Source: Haliotis rufescens
Taxonomy: Eukaryota
Assembly: GCF_023055435.1 (NCBI RefSeq)
Contig: NW_025963804.1
Span: 62,001 to 126,000 of the forward strand
Length of the DNA stretch: 64,000 nucleotides
Reading direction: 5' to 3'
Shown here in pieces: positions 1-12,960 of the stretch. A model generated the notes under the pieces. That model did not search any database. It had not been told where the DNA came from and saw only the letters and a list, made by a program, of their open reading frames with translations. The position numbers and the translations under genes are program-made. How positions within the stretch are numbered: position 1 is the stretch's first letter; each line of letters begins with the position of its first letter.

Positions 1-429
1 TTGAATTCATTGCCAAATGGTATCTTTAGGCATTCTTCTACGGTTCCCTTATATTTGTCCACAGTATATACACACTCTCATCAGCCGCTGGTTGTTAACT
101 GTATTCCGTTTCCAGGACCTTTACAAAATATATCTTTCCTACCTACGTTGATTATCCAACAAGACCTTGTTTCTGTGTGATATTCTTGAAATCATTCCAT
201 GATTAAATCTTAAAGTACACAGCGGCTTTTTCTTCACTTTAACGAACACTGAAGATCTGGGAAGTTCCACGATCAGGTATGGTCTAAAACCGTTCATTGT
301 CATCTACAAAGATAGCAAGCCATCATCAATCAAATTATTAGTGTGATGGAAGAATACGGTGGACAAGGCATATATATGAATGATGTTTCTGCAGTTGCTG
401 ATACTACCTTACAGTTACGAAATGTCTTT

Positions 430-1090
430 TTGTGAATTAACTGGTAGGAATGTAAATGTGAAAAACACAAAGGTTATGGTGTTTCTTGTAAGCGGTCATA
501 TGCGTCTCTATGAGAATTGGTATCTTCATGGCCAGAAGCTTGAGGTGGTGTCATTTTATAGAAATTAAGGTAAAGTATTTACACCCAGACTAGTCTGGAC
601 TAAAGAGCAGCCCTGCCTTGCATCAGAAGCAATATTTTTGGCATACTATATGGCAATACTATATGGCAATATTTTTGTATTGATCTTTTCATGATCTTTG
701 GTCCAATGGTGACATCATAATATACTATCAGTCAGAAACTTGGGGAATAATATTTTGTAAAACTGCTGAAACTGTTCAGATAAAAATGTGCAAATATTTC
801 CTGAAAGACAGTGAAACTACATGCAATAATGTGGTACTGGGTGTAAGTGGTAGAGCTTCAACTTACATACATATCACGGGCCGTTAAGTATTGGTGTAGC
901 TTTATCGCTCTGGATAGAAATAGGCTGCCTCATCAATGTTATGTAATGTTAAAATCTCTTGATGATGCTGGCAGTCACATGGGCTACACATATCAAACAT
1001 ATCACATTTCAATTTGGGTTTGGTTTTGTATGGATAAGCTGGGATGTTGGGATTATAACCATTTTTATCAGATTTTTTAAGATAAGACTT
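430..1090 (+). mobile_element. Degenerate LINE reverse-transcriptase C-terminal fragment
   Basis: NVKNTKVMVF, LEVVSFY, RAVKYW and RLPHQCY pieces across frames. Confidence 0.5.
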
Positions 1091-1475
1091 GTTGATAATC
1101 CCCAACCAAACTGGTATATATTTACCTTTTTGCAAGTAGATTCAGATGGACTGATGTGAAGCTCAAGCTCCTTTTTAACGGATTGCCGAGTCCATCGACG
1201 TGTCTTAGAAAACACATTTCTGAAATCTGACCGTGGTACCGAATCTAAACGACTTATAGTATACAGCAATTTATTGTTTTTTGTTTGTTTAAGAAGTGTG
1301 GAGTATAAAATTTCAAAATGAACCAGTAACACGAGCAGACAATATGTATAGTACAGTATTGCTCCAGTATCCTAAAGTATCATGTCAGTATGACACCGAG
1401 AACCGGTAGGTACAATGTGTCAATCCTATTGTATATACATTGGTGTCCCCTGTCGTAACACTGCTAAAACATGTC

Positions 1476-1550
1476 TCACTCACTCACTCACTCACTCACT
1501 CACTCACTCACTCACCCACCCACCCACCCACACACTCACTCACTCACTCA
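1476..1550. repeat. (TCAC)n microsatellite
   Basis: Direct inspection. Confidence 0.95.
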
Positions 1551-1921
1551 CACATCAGGTAGCGGGTATCCAGTCTATTCAAGTACCTTTCTCCGAGAAA
1601 AGTGAGGCACACGCTACAGATCATTGCACTTATATAGCGATGTTCTGCATGATGTCTACTCGTTCGGATGCTCTGCCATTAATGCCGAGCTCCATGCAGG
1701 GTGGGTGCCATCCTTTAACGTCTTTAAACAAAGAGAAACAAACATTTTGCATAGTAATAGCTGTATTTAATCTGCACAGATGAGTGAGGCATGGGTTTTA
1801 TCCCGGTAGTTCAGCTTGATGATATGTTAGGAATTTCCAGAGATCTGCTTAGTCGCATACACTTTTGATGAGGAGTGTAAATCAACTGTGATCTGAACAT
1901 GAAATGTCACTAGTGTCACAA

Positions 1922-2365
1922 CTTCCCGAGGCAAGGGAGTTAACTGACAATGAAAGTCCAGTTTCCTACCTTGCTGAACTAGGCCATCTTCCCGAGACAA
2001 GAGAGTTAACTGACTATGAAAGTCCAGTTTCCTACCTTGCTGAACTAGGCCATCTTCCCGAGGCAAGAGAGTTAACTGACTATGAAAGTCAAGTTTCCTA
2101 CCTTGCTGAACTAGGCTGGTATTATGGAGTTACATTTTGGCTGGCCTAACGAGTCTATACATAGTCCAATCAAAATCGTGCAACGGAATCGAAATCCGGT
2201 CAGTAAACTGTCGTGCAGATTTCAGTCGATTGCAGGATTTGCAAAGCATGTGTACCGCCAGCTCGTTGTCAACAGATATTTTCCAAATCTTTTTATGTTT
2301 TTAATCAAGGTGCTCACGTCATTTGATGCACTTCACAATATAGATTTTGATTATCGATCAGATCA
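1922..2365 (+). mobile_element. Truncated copy of the same MITE with its 66-bp left end triplicated
   Basis: CTTCCCGAG at 1922, 1988 and 2054; the remainder matches parts of 59325-59850. Confidence 0.8.
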
Positions 2366-3878
2366 TCTTCACATCTTCACAGTGAGTTGGGTTTAACGCC
2401 GCTTTTAACAGTATTCTAGTTACATCGCGGCGTGTCAGCTTGATGTGGAAGAAAAAGCCCGAAGTGATACAGGACTCCGACGTTTACCACTTCGGTCAAA
2501 CCCACGAGCATGGGTATGGTGCTGACAAACCTAATAACATTCGAACCCACAATCTTAGGTTTCTGGCGTGCCTAAAGGACGCACTCTGCACTGCAAATCG
2601 CGGCGCCTTAGACGACTGGGCCACCCGTGCCCCCTGTCACAGATGACCAACTGTTGACATCGATATATCTTATCGCGCATCCACATACCACGTAAGCAGA
2701 GTGTCAGGTGTTATTCTATCCCGGTGTCTGACGTATGTCAACTGTCTGTAGATAGCCCTGTTGTTGTACAACAAACCATCTGTCTCTTATAGCCATGTCC
2801 TGTACTGTTGTATGTGACTCTGCTGAAATTCGAGAAGAATGTCTCGAGATAAGGTGGGCGTGGTAACTCGTTTTTCTACGTTTACCAGTCACCCAATCTG
2901 ATGTGGTCATTGCCAAGATAAGCTGTATGTGTTACATAATATATGGTGTAATCTTCCCATTTAAAACATGCTGTTTGCTGCCTTTCTTAATGACGTCATA
3001 ATCCCATCGCTGTTTTTGACGTCGGCATAGACGAGATATGGGAAAAATGTAAACAGGCATATAAATTTATTCTATATTTATTAGGGATTAATAGGTGTCT
3101 CAATGATTCAGAGTTGCGTCCCTTAGCCATGTCAGGCAACGATGATCGTGGGTTTAGCATAGCCAAATCCGTGCTCAGTGGTAAAAATCTTGACCAGTAT
3201 TATTTCAGTATTTCACTACATGAAGCTTTTTCGTTTTGTTTGTTTGTTTGTTGTTTAACGCCCACTCGGCAATATTTCTAGCTATATGACGGCGGTCTGT
3301 TAATAATCGAGTCTGGACGTGACAATTCAGTGATTGATATCATGAGCATCTTTCCACGCAATTGGGATGCGATGACATACATCATCCAAGTCAGTGAGCC
3401 TGACCACCCGATCACGTTAGTCGTCTCATGATATATGTATACTGTAATGTAACTGTACAAAGTAGTTAAACATCTCGCTCCCCCATTTATGTACCATATA
3501 TACTAATAAGAAATGTAGATTAAATGAATGTATTGCATATATTCGGTTGTCATTACCTGCTTCTACACTGCATCAAGAAACTGAAGATCTACTCGTGCAG
3601 TAGTTACTGATTTACGCGCAAACATTTGTTGTGCATCTGATGCTAGCTTCCGCTCAAATAGCCAAATAAGGATAGGCGTTTACGCCAGGTTTCCAGCGAC
3701 TCAGTTACTTTCGCTTTGTTTTCCGAGAAACTGAGTGACATTCCCAATCACAGCTCCAAACCACGTATTCAGTGATAACAGTTGTCACATACACGTATAT
3801 ATCACTGTGAGGAGCCAACAACGTGTCAGCTCTTTTCTACATATCTGCCATCGTGCTGCTGTTGTCCTGCTGTCCACG

Positions 3879-4679
3879 ATGTCTGACCGACGCTATGGCT
3901 ACTTCCGCTGTTCTAAGTGTAACGCCCACTGGGAGAGTTCCCATGTTTACTGCCACGGTTTCAAGGTAGGTTGTTGGTGGTTATAGCGTCTCTCTTTCAG
4001 ACCCCTCAATATATATTTACTGATAAAAACATTCACCCAACCCGTCCAGACCCTTCTCAGATCCAGCACCCTATAGATCCCTTTTCAGATATGAAATTCA
4101 GAAATATGGTTCCTTTATAGACTTGTTTTTATTTAACCTCATACAGGACAGGGGCTATTTTTTAATCTAGCGGTTGGAGTTGGTCACTTCTGGGGTAGCC
4201 CAGTACTTAATGCGTCCGGTCGTTCGACTCCCTGCACTGCTCATGGGTTTAAAGTCTGGGTAAATTAATATATCGTTTCAACAAAATCAGTTAATAGTAG
4301 TTGCGATTGTATCTTAGAGATTTATCAAAATGAGATCAATGCCATGTGTTGATATTTCTAAATGATACACGGAATTTCGGATATATGAAAATAACTAAGG
4401 GTGTGTGATAAACTGTTTGTGACAGTGAAGGAAAGTGCATGTGTACATGCAGTATATCTTTATGTGTTATCTCTACAGGCTGTGTACAAACAGGACTGCA
4501 AGTCGTGTAAAATAGGCTGCCTCCCATATCGGGTAGAGAAGATGATCTGTTCCGTGTGCGGTAGTAAAGATTGCACATGCACCAGTGAAGACCGGAAAAA
4601 TAGGAATATTGATCTCAACAAACCTCACAGGTCTGACCTGTGTCACAAGTGCAGGTCTGGGCGACCGTGCAGATACTGA
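3879..4679 (+). CDS. ZAR1-like (3CxxC) zinc-finger domain-only protein, type A copy 1 (95 aa)
   Basis: Exons 3879-3965 and 4479-4679, phase-0 GT-AG. YGYFRC..C...WESSHVYC / YKQDC..C...PYRVE...C..C....C.C..RNID..KPHRSDLC.KC matches the ZAR1 C-terminal domain pattern. Confidence 0.88.
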
Positions 4680-6878
4680 GGTTGCAGCATTGCACTGAAA
4701 GTTGACTGCCTACAGCACCAGACATTAAGGATTGCCTATCTCTCCATAGATAGATGGTAATAATGATGATGATGATGACGAAAATTCTTTGGTAATTGAA
4801 ATGTCTGACAAAACCTAAACACTATCCTCCAGCTTGTGAGTTTTTATGGGTTTCTTTAGATGTTTGTAAGTGCACAGTAAATATAACAATTACCTTTGTC
4901 TAATTTGCTTTTAATCCGTACGACACTTGGTTTTTGTAACGAATTTACCCAATGAAATGATTGAATTATATTATAAAACTGCAGGGCAAACACAAAATGA
5001 TATTTACTTTGGCAGGTTACCAGACAATTGAGCTCTGTTCAACAGATTTATTTTTAAAAGTTGCGTCATTTGTTTGAGAACCGCACCGTGACGTTCATGG
5101 AAGTCGTTTTAGTATGTGTGTATTATTGTAAACAAGAGGCCATATACATCCATACTATTCAAAATCACTCCACTGAAAGACATCAAGGGAAATCCTACTT
5201 CTAGTTTCGTTCTCCATCTGTTAGTCACACATAATCTGTATATGGGTGTAAACAAACTCCATATTTGGCATGTAACAGATCAATATCATTCCTTGAATAC
5301 GACACTCAGACATGGGCAGTTTGCCAGGGTGTCTTGTAAAGGGAGATAACCATGGTTGCTGTTGTTCAGGTGGGCGTAAATGGACCTTAGTTCTAAAAAT
5401 ACCACGTACCTGCATACTGATGTCATATCTATCCATGCAGTTTATATAAATAAAACATTTCATTGCCATGATTGCTCTCTGTGTTACGTTCCTTAAATAT
5501 TGTTTGGGTAACCTAGTGGTTATTACGTTCGCTCGTCACACAAAAGGCAGGATTCTATATTAGTTTCCATATTTTAATAAACTATTTCTCTATATGGAGT
5601 ATCAAACGACCATATTTTTTATTCAGTTGTACATCACCTATATTCGTTATAAACTACATGTGTATCTGGCCAGGTGATGTGAGGCGACCCAAAGTCGTTC
5701 CAGGATTCTCTGATTGTTGGTTTGAATATCAGATTCTTCCTGATTATGATCCATGGTTTGTACCTATTGTATATTGTACATGTTACACATACTGATGGAC
5801 AAAATTAACGGAACACAGCACAATATCGAAGAATATCATTTACTTCTGTTTCCAATTAAAAAGACATGCAACAGTTTGTCACTGAGGGTAATTCAGACAC
5901 TGATGCGTTTAACACATTGCCAAATAGTGTCTCGTCATCGTCAGGCACTCTCCGACTTACAATTGTTCCCCTATATTTGTTCACAGTATATACACACTCC
6001 CATTAGCCTCCGGTTGTCAACTATGTATATGCCTGACTTTTCTAAAGATTGTATAATAATTAAGAACCCAATGGGGATGCGAAGGGGGAGGGGTTAACTA
6101 TGAGACAGAGAACCATAAACGGAGATGTCCAACTATCAATATGACTGTTGCTTGATGAACCATTACGAACCGGTTTATACAGATGCTAACAGTATTGACA
6201 ACTGGTTTCAGTGAACTCGGTTCTATAACTCTTGTAGACCGCGTTATATAAATACATGTTGGATATATTTTGCGAATAAACTTTCATTTGTATTATTGGG
6301 TTAACGTTAATATCTACAATACCGAAACATATCAAGCACTTAAAAGAGTTCATTGTTCTATACAGTTATGGGGAATGAGAACTCCATTGTCGTAACTCTC
6401 AGTTCTATGAAATACATTGTAAGGGACAATCTCGCGATCCTGACTTTTGGAAACACGTTAAATATGTAAAAAATGTGAGGATTCGGCCAAATCTTCTTTC
6501 TCGCACATTTTGTATAATTATATTTAGCGTGTTTCTATAGGTCACGAATGTCCCTTACAGTATTCCATACAAATGCTTTCCGACGCATGTCAGCCGTGAT
6601 ACATAATGTGTTACTTAAACATGAACATAGGTAGGTCAAGGCTGTCTGAATATTTATTCCCAAACTAATAATGGATTTACGCAGTAGCTCATTGTATAAC
6701 CTGACAATCACATTCGTAGAAATGGCTATTCCAGTTTCACTTTTTCGATTTGGTTTGTCTTCAAATGTTGCGTGTACAGTAAATGATGTTCCAGATGTCA
6801 GGTAGCCAGACTCAGTTCCTGTTCTCGCCTCCGTCACCGTCTACTGTTGTCTAGTATTGTCTGGATCTGCTGTCCAAA

Positions 6879-6959
6879 ATGTCTAACCGACGCTATGGAT
6901 ACTTCGAGTGTGATGAATGTGGTTCATCCTGGGAGAGTGCCCATGTCTACTGCGATGGT
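6879..6959 (+). pseudogene. ZAR1-like type B, exon 1 only
   Basis: Matches the 27715 exon, then jumps to sequence equivalent to ~30327; donor and exon 2 deleted. Confidence 0.8.
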
Positions 6960-7305
6960 AGAGCATGGGCTTGTGTTAGTGAGTGAGTGGGTTGATGCCG
7001 CTTTGAACAGCAATTTACTTATACCGCGGCTTGATTTTGGAGAAAAGCTCGTTTGGCGTTAAATACTCTGGTGAAAAAATCACGGATACTAAGGGTCACT
7101 ACCGGCCAGTGTACACAGATGCTCAGTGTTGACGACTAATATCGGCCCTTTCATACTTTGTAGCCCTCCTTATGTAAATACATGTAGGATATGTTTGACA
7201 AATATACCTTCATTTGTAGCGTTACTTATATATCTGATATTTACTTTGTACACAGTGGTTTCTGCTGAGTAATATGATCTCCGTTATCTGTCTTCAAGAT
7301 ACACC

Positions 7306-7609
7306 GGGTGGGGCTGGGGTGGGGATGTGGGGACGAGTGGCCCAGTCGTATAAGACGCCGCGATTCGCTGTGCAGAGTTGCGTCCCTTGGGCACGCCAGA
7401 AACCGATGATTGTGGGTTCGAATCCCGGTTCGCCCCGATTTTGTTTCTAGGTTTGTCAGCACCATACCCGTGCTCGTGGGTTTCACCGAAGTGGTAAACG
7501 TCTGAGACCTTCATCACTCCGGCCTTCTTCCCACATTAAGCTGACACGCCGCGATATAACTGGAATAATGTTAAAAGCGGCGTTAAATCCAACTCACTCA
7601 CTCACTCAC
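7306..7609 (+). mobile_element. tRNA-derived SINE family 2
   Basis: A box TGGCCCAGTCG, B box GGTTCGAATCC, (CACT)n tail, TSD TCAAGATACACC; duplicates near 30673, 39599 and 47608, and an inverse relative at 2380-2632. Confidence 0.8.
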
Positions 7610-8229
7610 TCAAGATACACCATCCCCAGCCCTCTCTGCATGAAGAACAGCACTGAGCCTGTTAATGGAATGTCATTTTGTTACTTGAAGCTCCACAATC
7701 TCTGCTATCCGAGCACATTCTGACCACTGGATGGTTTAGTATAGAGGGAGAAATATCGGGCACGGTTCTGTACAAAGTCATGCCTTCGAATGAGTGAGTG
7801 AGTATGGTTTTACGCCGCTTTTAGTGAGTGAGTGAGTTAAATTTTAACGTTACATCGGCAATATTTAAGCCATAACGTGACGAGACAAAATTTGACATTA
7901 ATGATATATGTTTAAACAATATTAAAATTCTCTCGTCGAAGGAGAGTTCAATAACCAGATTATCACAGATTTACGTAAAACTGTTTTGAGAGCATGTAAA
8001 AATGAATTAGGATTCACCAATACGAGATAAAAAACGGGCTAAAAGATAAAAACGAATCACCACACTAGGGACCATGGGGACTTGTACTTTTGCTACCTGC
8101 ATGGACCCAAGAAGAATTTACATCATACCTTGAGTTGTTGGCGATGATTGACAACATAGACAAACAACAATTAATACAACACATACGTATTCTACGATTT
8201 AAAAAAACATGGCAGAAATAAATATACTT

Positions 8230-9597
8230 TATTAATCAGCATCAGCCATTGTGTTACCAACGATTCCAACATGGCTGGGTTACCAACAAAAACGATGTTG
8301 TATTGGCTCGTAGAAAGAACATTTAATAATTCAATAATTACAAGTGGATGTGTTTAATTGCCTGAAGACAAGAAAGAGAATTTGAAAATATGATAAATTG
8401 CTTATATTTAGATTGTTTACTAAAGAACTCTAGCGCTGTTAATATTGCTTTTGATTCGGCCGTAAAATGGAACAGTTATCCGGAAGTCTGGAGATGTAGT
8501 CCTGGATTCAATGATGGTGGCGCTGGCAACTGTGTCACCGTCCTTGGATCCATCTGTAAATATAGATGTGAAAGTATCACATTTGTTTCTTAATTGATTA
8601 TACTCTTGTTGATAAATACGTTGATGTGTATCCATGGTGGAGAAGACAAAATCTGGGTTGTGGCTATATTTTCAAGTGTTATTTTAGCAGCAGAAATATG
8701 ATGCTTTATTCTTATACCAAGGAGCTGAGTAAGAGATGATTTTGTATTATAGAGATCGTTACAGAGAGGATTAAACACAATCGAAAGCTGGATTGGAGTC
8801 ATTAGTGTAATGTAAAGACAATTTAATTCGACGTTGCTTTAGTGACGGTTCATCAGCCTTGGGCATTTGATTTCTGTTCAACTTTTTTCTTTCTGTTTTT
8901 GTTAATTTTCGGTGATGCGAGGTCAGAGGTGATGCTTCTGAATGATTCTCAGAAATAGTCGGTCGAAGGACAGACGAAGTTTGGACAGCTTGATCAGATC
9001 TGACCCTTGTCAAATCAGTCTGACACCGGACAGATGAAGTTTGAACAGGACGGATGAGTGCAACAGAGTAATTCATAACTGAAGGAGTTGTGGCTTGACA
9101 AGTTGTTTAGCATCTGCAAATAAAATGTTTCTTTCCGCACTTTATTTTCATAAATTTGGTTTCGGTTTGCCAAGTAGGGCAGGATTTAGAAGATGCCATG
9201 TGTTAGCCATCACAGTTGGAACATTTGAGGTCTTCATGACAATCCATGCCCTCACGGTTGGCATCACAACGCTGACAAACCACGGGGCGAGTACAGGTTT
9301 TTTAACCATGTCCATACTGTTGGCGTCTATAGCACCGGAGTGGATTGGGGACATACACATCCACCCCGATGTTAACATAACCATGTTTAGTTGATTGTGG
9401 AACTGAAGCACGGGCAAAAGTGAATAGATAAGTTTTGTTAGAACAATGTTTGATTTTTCATCTTTGCGAGTAAAACGTTTGATGTTTACTTATTAAACAA
9501 CTTGATTCTTAAGGTCAGATACAATTTCCTCTTCTGAACATATCCGCCAAGGAACGAGTCCAGTCACTAACAATGCCACGAGAAGAGTGTGTTCTGT
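8230..9597 (-). mobile_element. Internally deleted I-clade (RNase H-containing) LINE remnant
   Basis: ORF1-like YVPNPLRCY..QQYGH; RNase H IFTDGSK and W.PSHVGIVGN..AD; many stops. Confidence 0.8.
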
Positions 9598-9874
9598 GGC
9601 CCAATCTATCGATCTTGTAGAGTGTTTGAATGATTATTGATTGTGATTGTAACAAATAGGGCTTGACTGACACCTCGGCCTGTAATCAGCTATTGTAGGG
9701 AATCAATGATAGGCTTACAGATCAGTCGTCTCACGTCCATGAGAGGGAGATTGAAGCGGACAGAGGGTGGATCACCCTGATTTTGACCCAGTATTGATAC
9801 AGGTCCGGTGGATCAACAGTATGGTAATATATTGGTGAGGCCGGGTTGATGAATGATTATGTGACCCAGTATTA

Positions 9875-10137
9875 GTTTGTTTATTTGTTTAACGCTGCAC
9901 TCAGCAATATTCCAGCTATATGACGGCGGTCTGTAAATAATCGAGTCTGGACCAGACAATCCAGTGATTGACACCATAAGCATCGATCCACGCAATTGGG
10001 ATACGATGACATGCATCAACCATGTCAGCGAGCCTGACCACCCGATCCCGTTAGTTGCCTCTTAAGACAAGCATAGTCGCCTTTTACAGCAAGCATGGAT
10101 TGCTGAAGATCTATTCTGCCCCGGATCTTCACGGGTC
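9875..10137 (-). mobile_element. SINE-like family 3 with (AAAC)n tail
   Basis: Dispersed copies at ~3232, 23478, 42167, 43770, 55880 and 56160. Confidence 0.75.
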
Positions 10138-10304
10138 GACTCAGTACTAAAAAAGATCGGTTAGATCACTTCGTATGAACTTAAACATATTTCACTAACA
10201 TTAACATTGGGCAAAAGTCGCCAACTTACAATGCCCTTTCCATGAACATTTATACAGTGTATGCATAACTGTACAAATGTCACCCAGTATGTGACTCAGT
10301 ATTG

Positions 10305-10462
10305 TTTGGTCCGGTATTGATAAAAGACGAGTTGATCATCCCTAATGTGACCCGGCATTGATAAAATTCGGGTGGATCATCCTTAATGTGACCCGGTGTT
10401 GATAAAAGTAGGGTGGATCATCCTGTATTGGCCCGATGTTGATATAAGTCGGGTGGGTCATC
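10305..10462. repeat. ~41-42-bp minisatellite that received the Maverick insertion
   Basis: Units like GTGACCCGG..TTGATAAAAGTCGGGTGGATCATCC; uninterrupted copy at ~42610-42790. Confidence 0.75.
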
Positions 10463-10972
10463 AGTAGTAACCTGCATCGGTAGTGGACCACCAGGATTTC
10501 TGGGACCGCTCAGATTTCTGGGACCAAGATGGCGGCACATCCGTTTCCGGTCACGTGACCTGCGCAGTGCATGATGGGTACCTGCGCGCGCATGCAAGAT
10601 GGCGTCGCATCCGTTTCCGGTGGCGCGCGCATGCAAGATGGCGTCGCATCCGTGTCCGGTGGCGTACGCATGGAAAGAGGGCGTCGCTTCCGTTTCCGGG
10701 GAGGAGGAGGAGGGATAGGGGGAAAACCCGGAGAAGCGCCCGTACGAGGGGAACAAGATCGACAGGGTTGTTGTTCTTGTGTTGTTCTAAAAATAGAAAT
10801 AGACGTGGGGTGGTGGTGGGGGTGGTGAAGGGAGGGAGGGAGGGAGGGAGGGAGGGAGGGGAGAAGGGGTGGGTTCACGGTGTCGTGTAGGGTGGGGGGG
10901 TGGGAGGGTCGTCAAAGCAAAGGAGGAAAAGCTGTCTTTCGGGAGAGATGGGTGGCCCTGAAAAGGGCCGTT
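10463..10972 (+). repeat. Left terminal inverted repeat of the Maverick
   Basis: Reverse complement of 21987-22497 apart from a few differences, mostly in the G-rich tract. Confidence 0.95.
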
Positions 10973-10974
10973 TT
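10934..10974 (-). terminator. Histone-type 3' end signal (stem-loop 10954-10969 plus HDE-like)
   Basis: Minus strand reads AAAAC GGCCCTTTTCAGGGCC ACCCA TCTCTCCCG AAAGAC. Confidence 0.85.
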
Positions 10975-10979
10975 GATGT

Positions 10980-11336
10980 TTACATGGTTGTGCATCCCAT
11001 GGTACAAAGGCACGGGTGGACTTTCATCTGTCTCCTCACAGGACACCTACTGGTGTGTGTTAACCGCCTCACGTAGGTGTCCTTGAGGATGGTCTTACAG
11101 TACACACATTCGAAAGTCCCATCCCGTACCCTTGTACCAAGGGCATAGACGGGCAGGCCCCCTTGACATCGGCCACATTGCCACGCTGGAGACCATGGGG
11201 GTAGTGGGGCTGGTGGTGATGTTTCTTTCCACCCAGGCAAAGGTTGTGCCACTGTGGTGATCTCTAAATCCCAGTTTTCTTTCAGGGGGTAGTTGTTGCC
11301 GGTGTTGTTGTTGTTGTTGTTGCTGCTACTCATCAT
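10980..11336 (-). CDS. Small zinc-ribbon protein (CxxC...CxxC), Maverick accessory gene
   Basis: 118-aa ORF with WQCGRC and FECVYC; TATA/Inr cassette directly upstream and histone-type stem-loop 10 nt after the stop. Confidence 0.65.
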   Translation of the reverse strand: MMSSSNNNNNNTGNNYPLKENWDLEITTVAQPLPGWKETSPPAPLPPWSPAWQCGRCQGGLPVYALGTRVRDGTFECVYCKTILKDTYVRRLTHTSRCPVRRQMKVHPCLCTMGCTTM

Positions 11337-11364
11337 GATGCTTTCTTTTCAATCAATTTTTACA

Positions 11365-11660
11365 AGTGACACTGACCCACTCGAATCCACGCTTGTTTTA
11401 TAGGAGAGACACTGACACCCTGCCTCCCGGTTGGTTCGCCAGGCCGCAGCTCCGATTGGCTCGTTCCGGGGCCCGGCCCGCACCTCGGTTTTCCAAAACG
11501 GACCGACCCCTGTGTTTCTTTTCCATAGGAAATGGATTTTACCATGGGAGAGAAAGCACAACCCCGGTTCGACCAATCAGAGCCCCGCCTGGTCCGAGCG
11601 CCGCTTCTGATTGGTCGACCACCCAGGCTTCGGATTGGTCCGATTTCGATCCGTTTTTTT
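11365..11660 (-). promoter_or_regulatory. Repeated CCAAT/TATA/Inr promoter cassette, copy 1
   Basis: Several CCAATC boxes; TATAAAA (11402-11396) 29 nt before the A of TCAGT (11373); points at the zinc-ribbon ORF. Confidence 0.8.
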
Positions 11661-12314
11661 TTCTTCTTTGGTAGCCTTGGTATTTTTTGAGGTAGACGGT
11701 CGTCTGAATGGTAAAGGAAGGTGGACCTTCATAGGTAGACATGAACGTGGGAATGCCTACGCGATGTACGTGGTGACACCCCCATGCCAATCGGAATGTC
11801 ATGTGTGCGTGTGTGTGTGTGTATGTCTTCAAACAGACGTTGACGTTGATGCATAGAATAACGTGTGGTCAGTCAAAACGTGGTGTCCTGTGTGTGTGTA
11901 TCGAGTCGTGTCGTAGTGAGATGAATAGAGAAAGATCGATACACCTACGTGACGTTTGCACACGTCATGGACTTCGTGTCGCGATGTGAACGTCATGGTT
12001 GTACTTTGTGTGTTGTCATGCAAACGTCGTACCCTGTGCGTGTTTTCAAATTATTATTATTATTATTTAAGGATACCGAGGTGTTGACACTCGTGTAGGT
12101 CGACAGGCGTACTGTGACGCGTGTGTTCATGCACACGTGATGTTTGACGTGGTGTACTACGTGTCTCTATGGATCTATGGATCTAACTCTATTTATATTT
12201 ATTTATATCTATGTATTGTATTTTTAGACGTGTGCCTCCAAGAGGTCTAGGGGGAGGATGTGGGTTCTTTGTTTTGGAGGGGCAGAGGGTTTAGCAAAGC
12301 AAAGGAAGAAAGTT

Positions 12315-12355
12315 GTCTTTTGGGTGAGATGGGTGGCCCTGAAAAGGGCCGTTTT
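12315..12355 (-). terminator. Histone-type 3' end signal (stem-loop 12335-12350 plus HDE-like)
   Basis: Minus strand reads AAAAC GGCCCTTTTCAGGGCC ACCCA TCTCACCCA AAAGAC, ~125 nt after the BIR gene stop. Confidence 0.85.
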
Positions 12356-12475
12356 GGGGGAAGAAAAACTTTTCTGCTGCTGTCCACTTGGGGTTCCAAC
12401 CAAGAAAAGAAAAACATTTGAACGGGAACTTGAACGGGAACTTGAACGGGAACGCAGGACACGGGAAACGTCCTC

Positions 12476-12940
12476 CTAGGCAGCCGGCCGTGCTACGTCA
12501 TTCGTGTACCTCTGTTTCTCTTCGCAGAGATAGTGCAGTTGTAGCTTCTTCTGGTGTTTCACCAGCCCGGTTAGCTTGAGGTAATCGCAGTCTGGGGACC
12601 ACTTGTGATGTGCCGCCCAAGGATCGTCGTGGGGTGCCCATTGTCTCAGCCGCACCCCACATTGGAAACAGCACACCCCATCGGCACCCTGAGTGTAGAC
12701 AAAGCCCGCATGGGCCATCTCTTCAGCAGTCTGATACATTTGCGTGGGCCACGTCTCAAACGAAGCGAGCCTTCTTTCAAAGCGTAGATAATAGTGCGAT
12801 GGTGTTTGACTGAGCAGTGACACCGCCTCCTCGGCATGACTCTTACTCCAGCATTCACGAGGTTCTGCACTATCCATCACCGCATCTTCGCCACGTGTCG
12901 TCGTCGTCGTCGTCGTACCACTCTTCTTTGTTTCAGCCAT
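12476..12940 (-). CDS. Single-BIR inhibitor-of-apoptosis (IAP)-like protein
   Basis: RLASFETWP...MAHAGFVY...VCCFQCG..L.QW..HDDPWAAHHKWSPDC is a canonical BIR fold with Cx2Cx16Hx6C; no RING. Confidence 0.92.
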   Translation of the reverse strand: MAETKKSGTTTTTTTRGEDAVMDSAEPRECWSKSHAEEAVSLLSQTPSHYYLRFERRLASFETWPTQMYQTAEEMAHAGFVYTQGADGVCCFQCGVRLRQWAPHDDPWAAHHKWSPDCDYLKLTGLVKHQKKLQLHYLCEEKQRYTNDVARPAA

Positions 12941-12960
12941 TCTAGATGATTTTATGTAAC

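Noticed and set aside
7327-7440. tRNA genes at SINE heads
   Set aside because: A/B boxes continue into SINE bodies with simple-repeat tails and TSDs; no proper cloverleaf.
10418-10890. ORFs in the TIRs (mirrored at 21873-22524)
   Set aside because: Overlapping GC-rich low-complexity ORFs on both strands with no domain.
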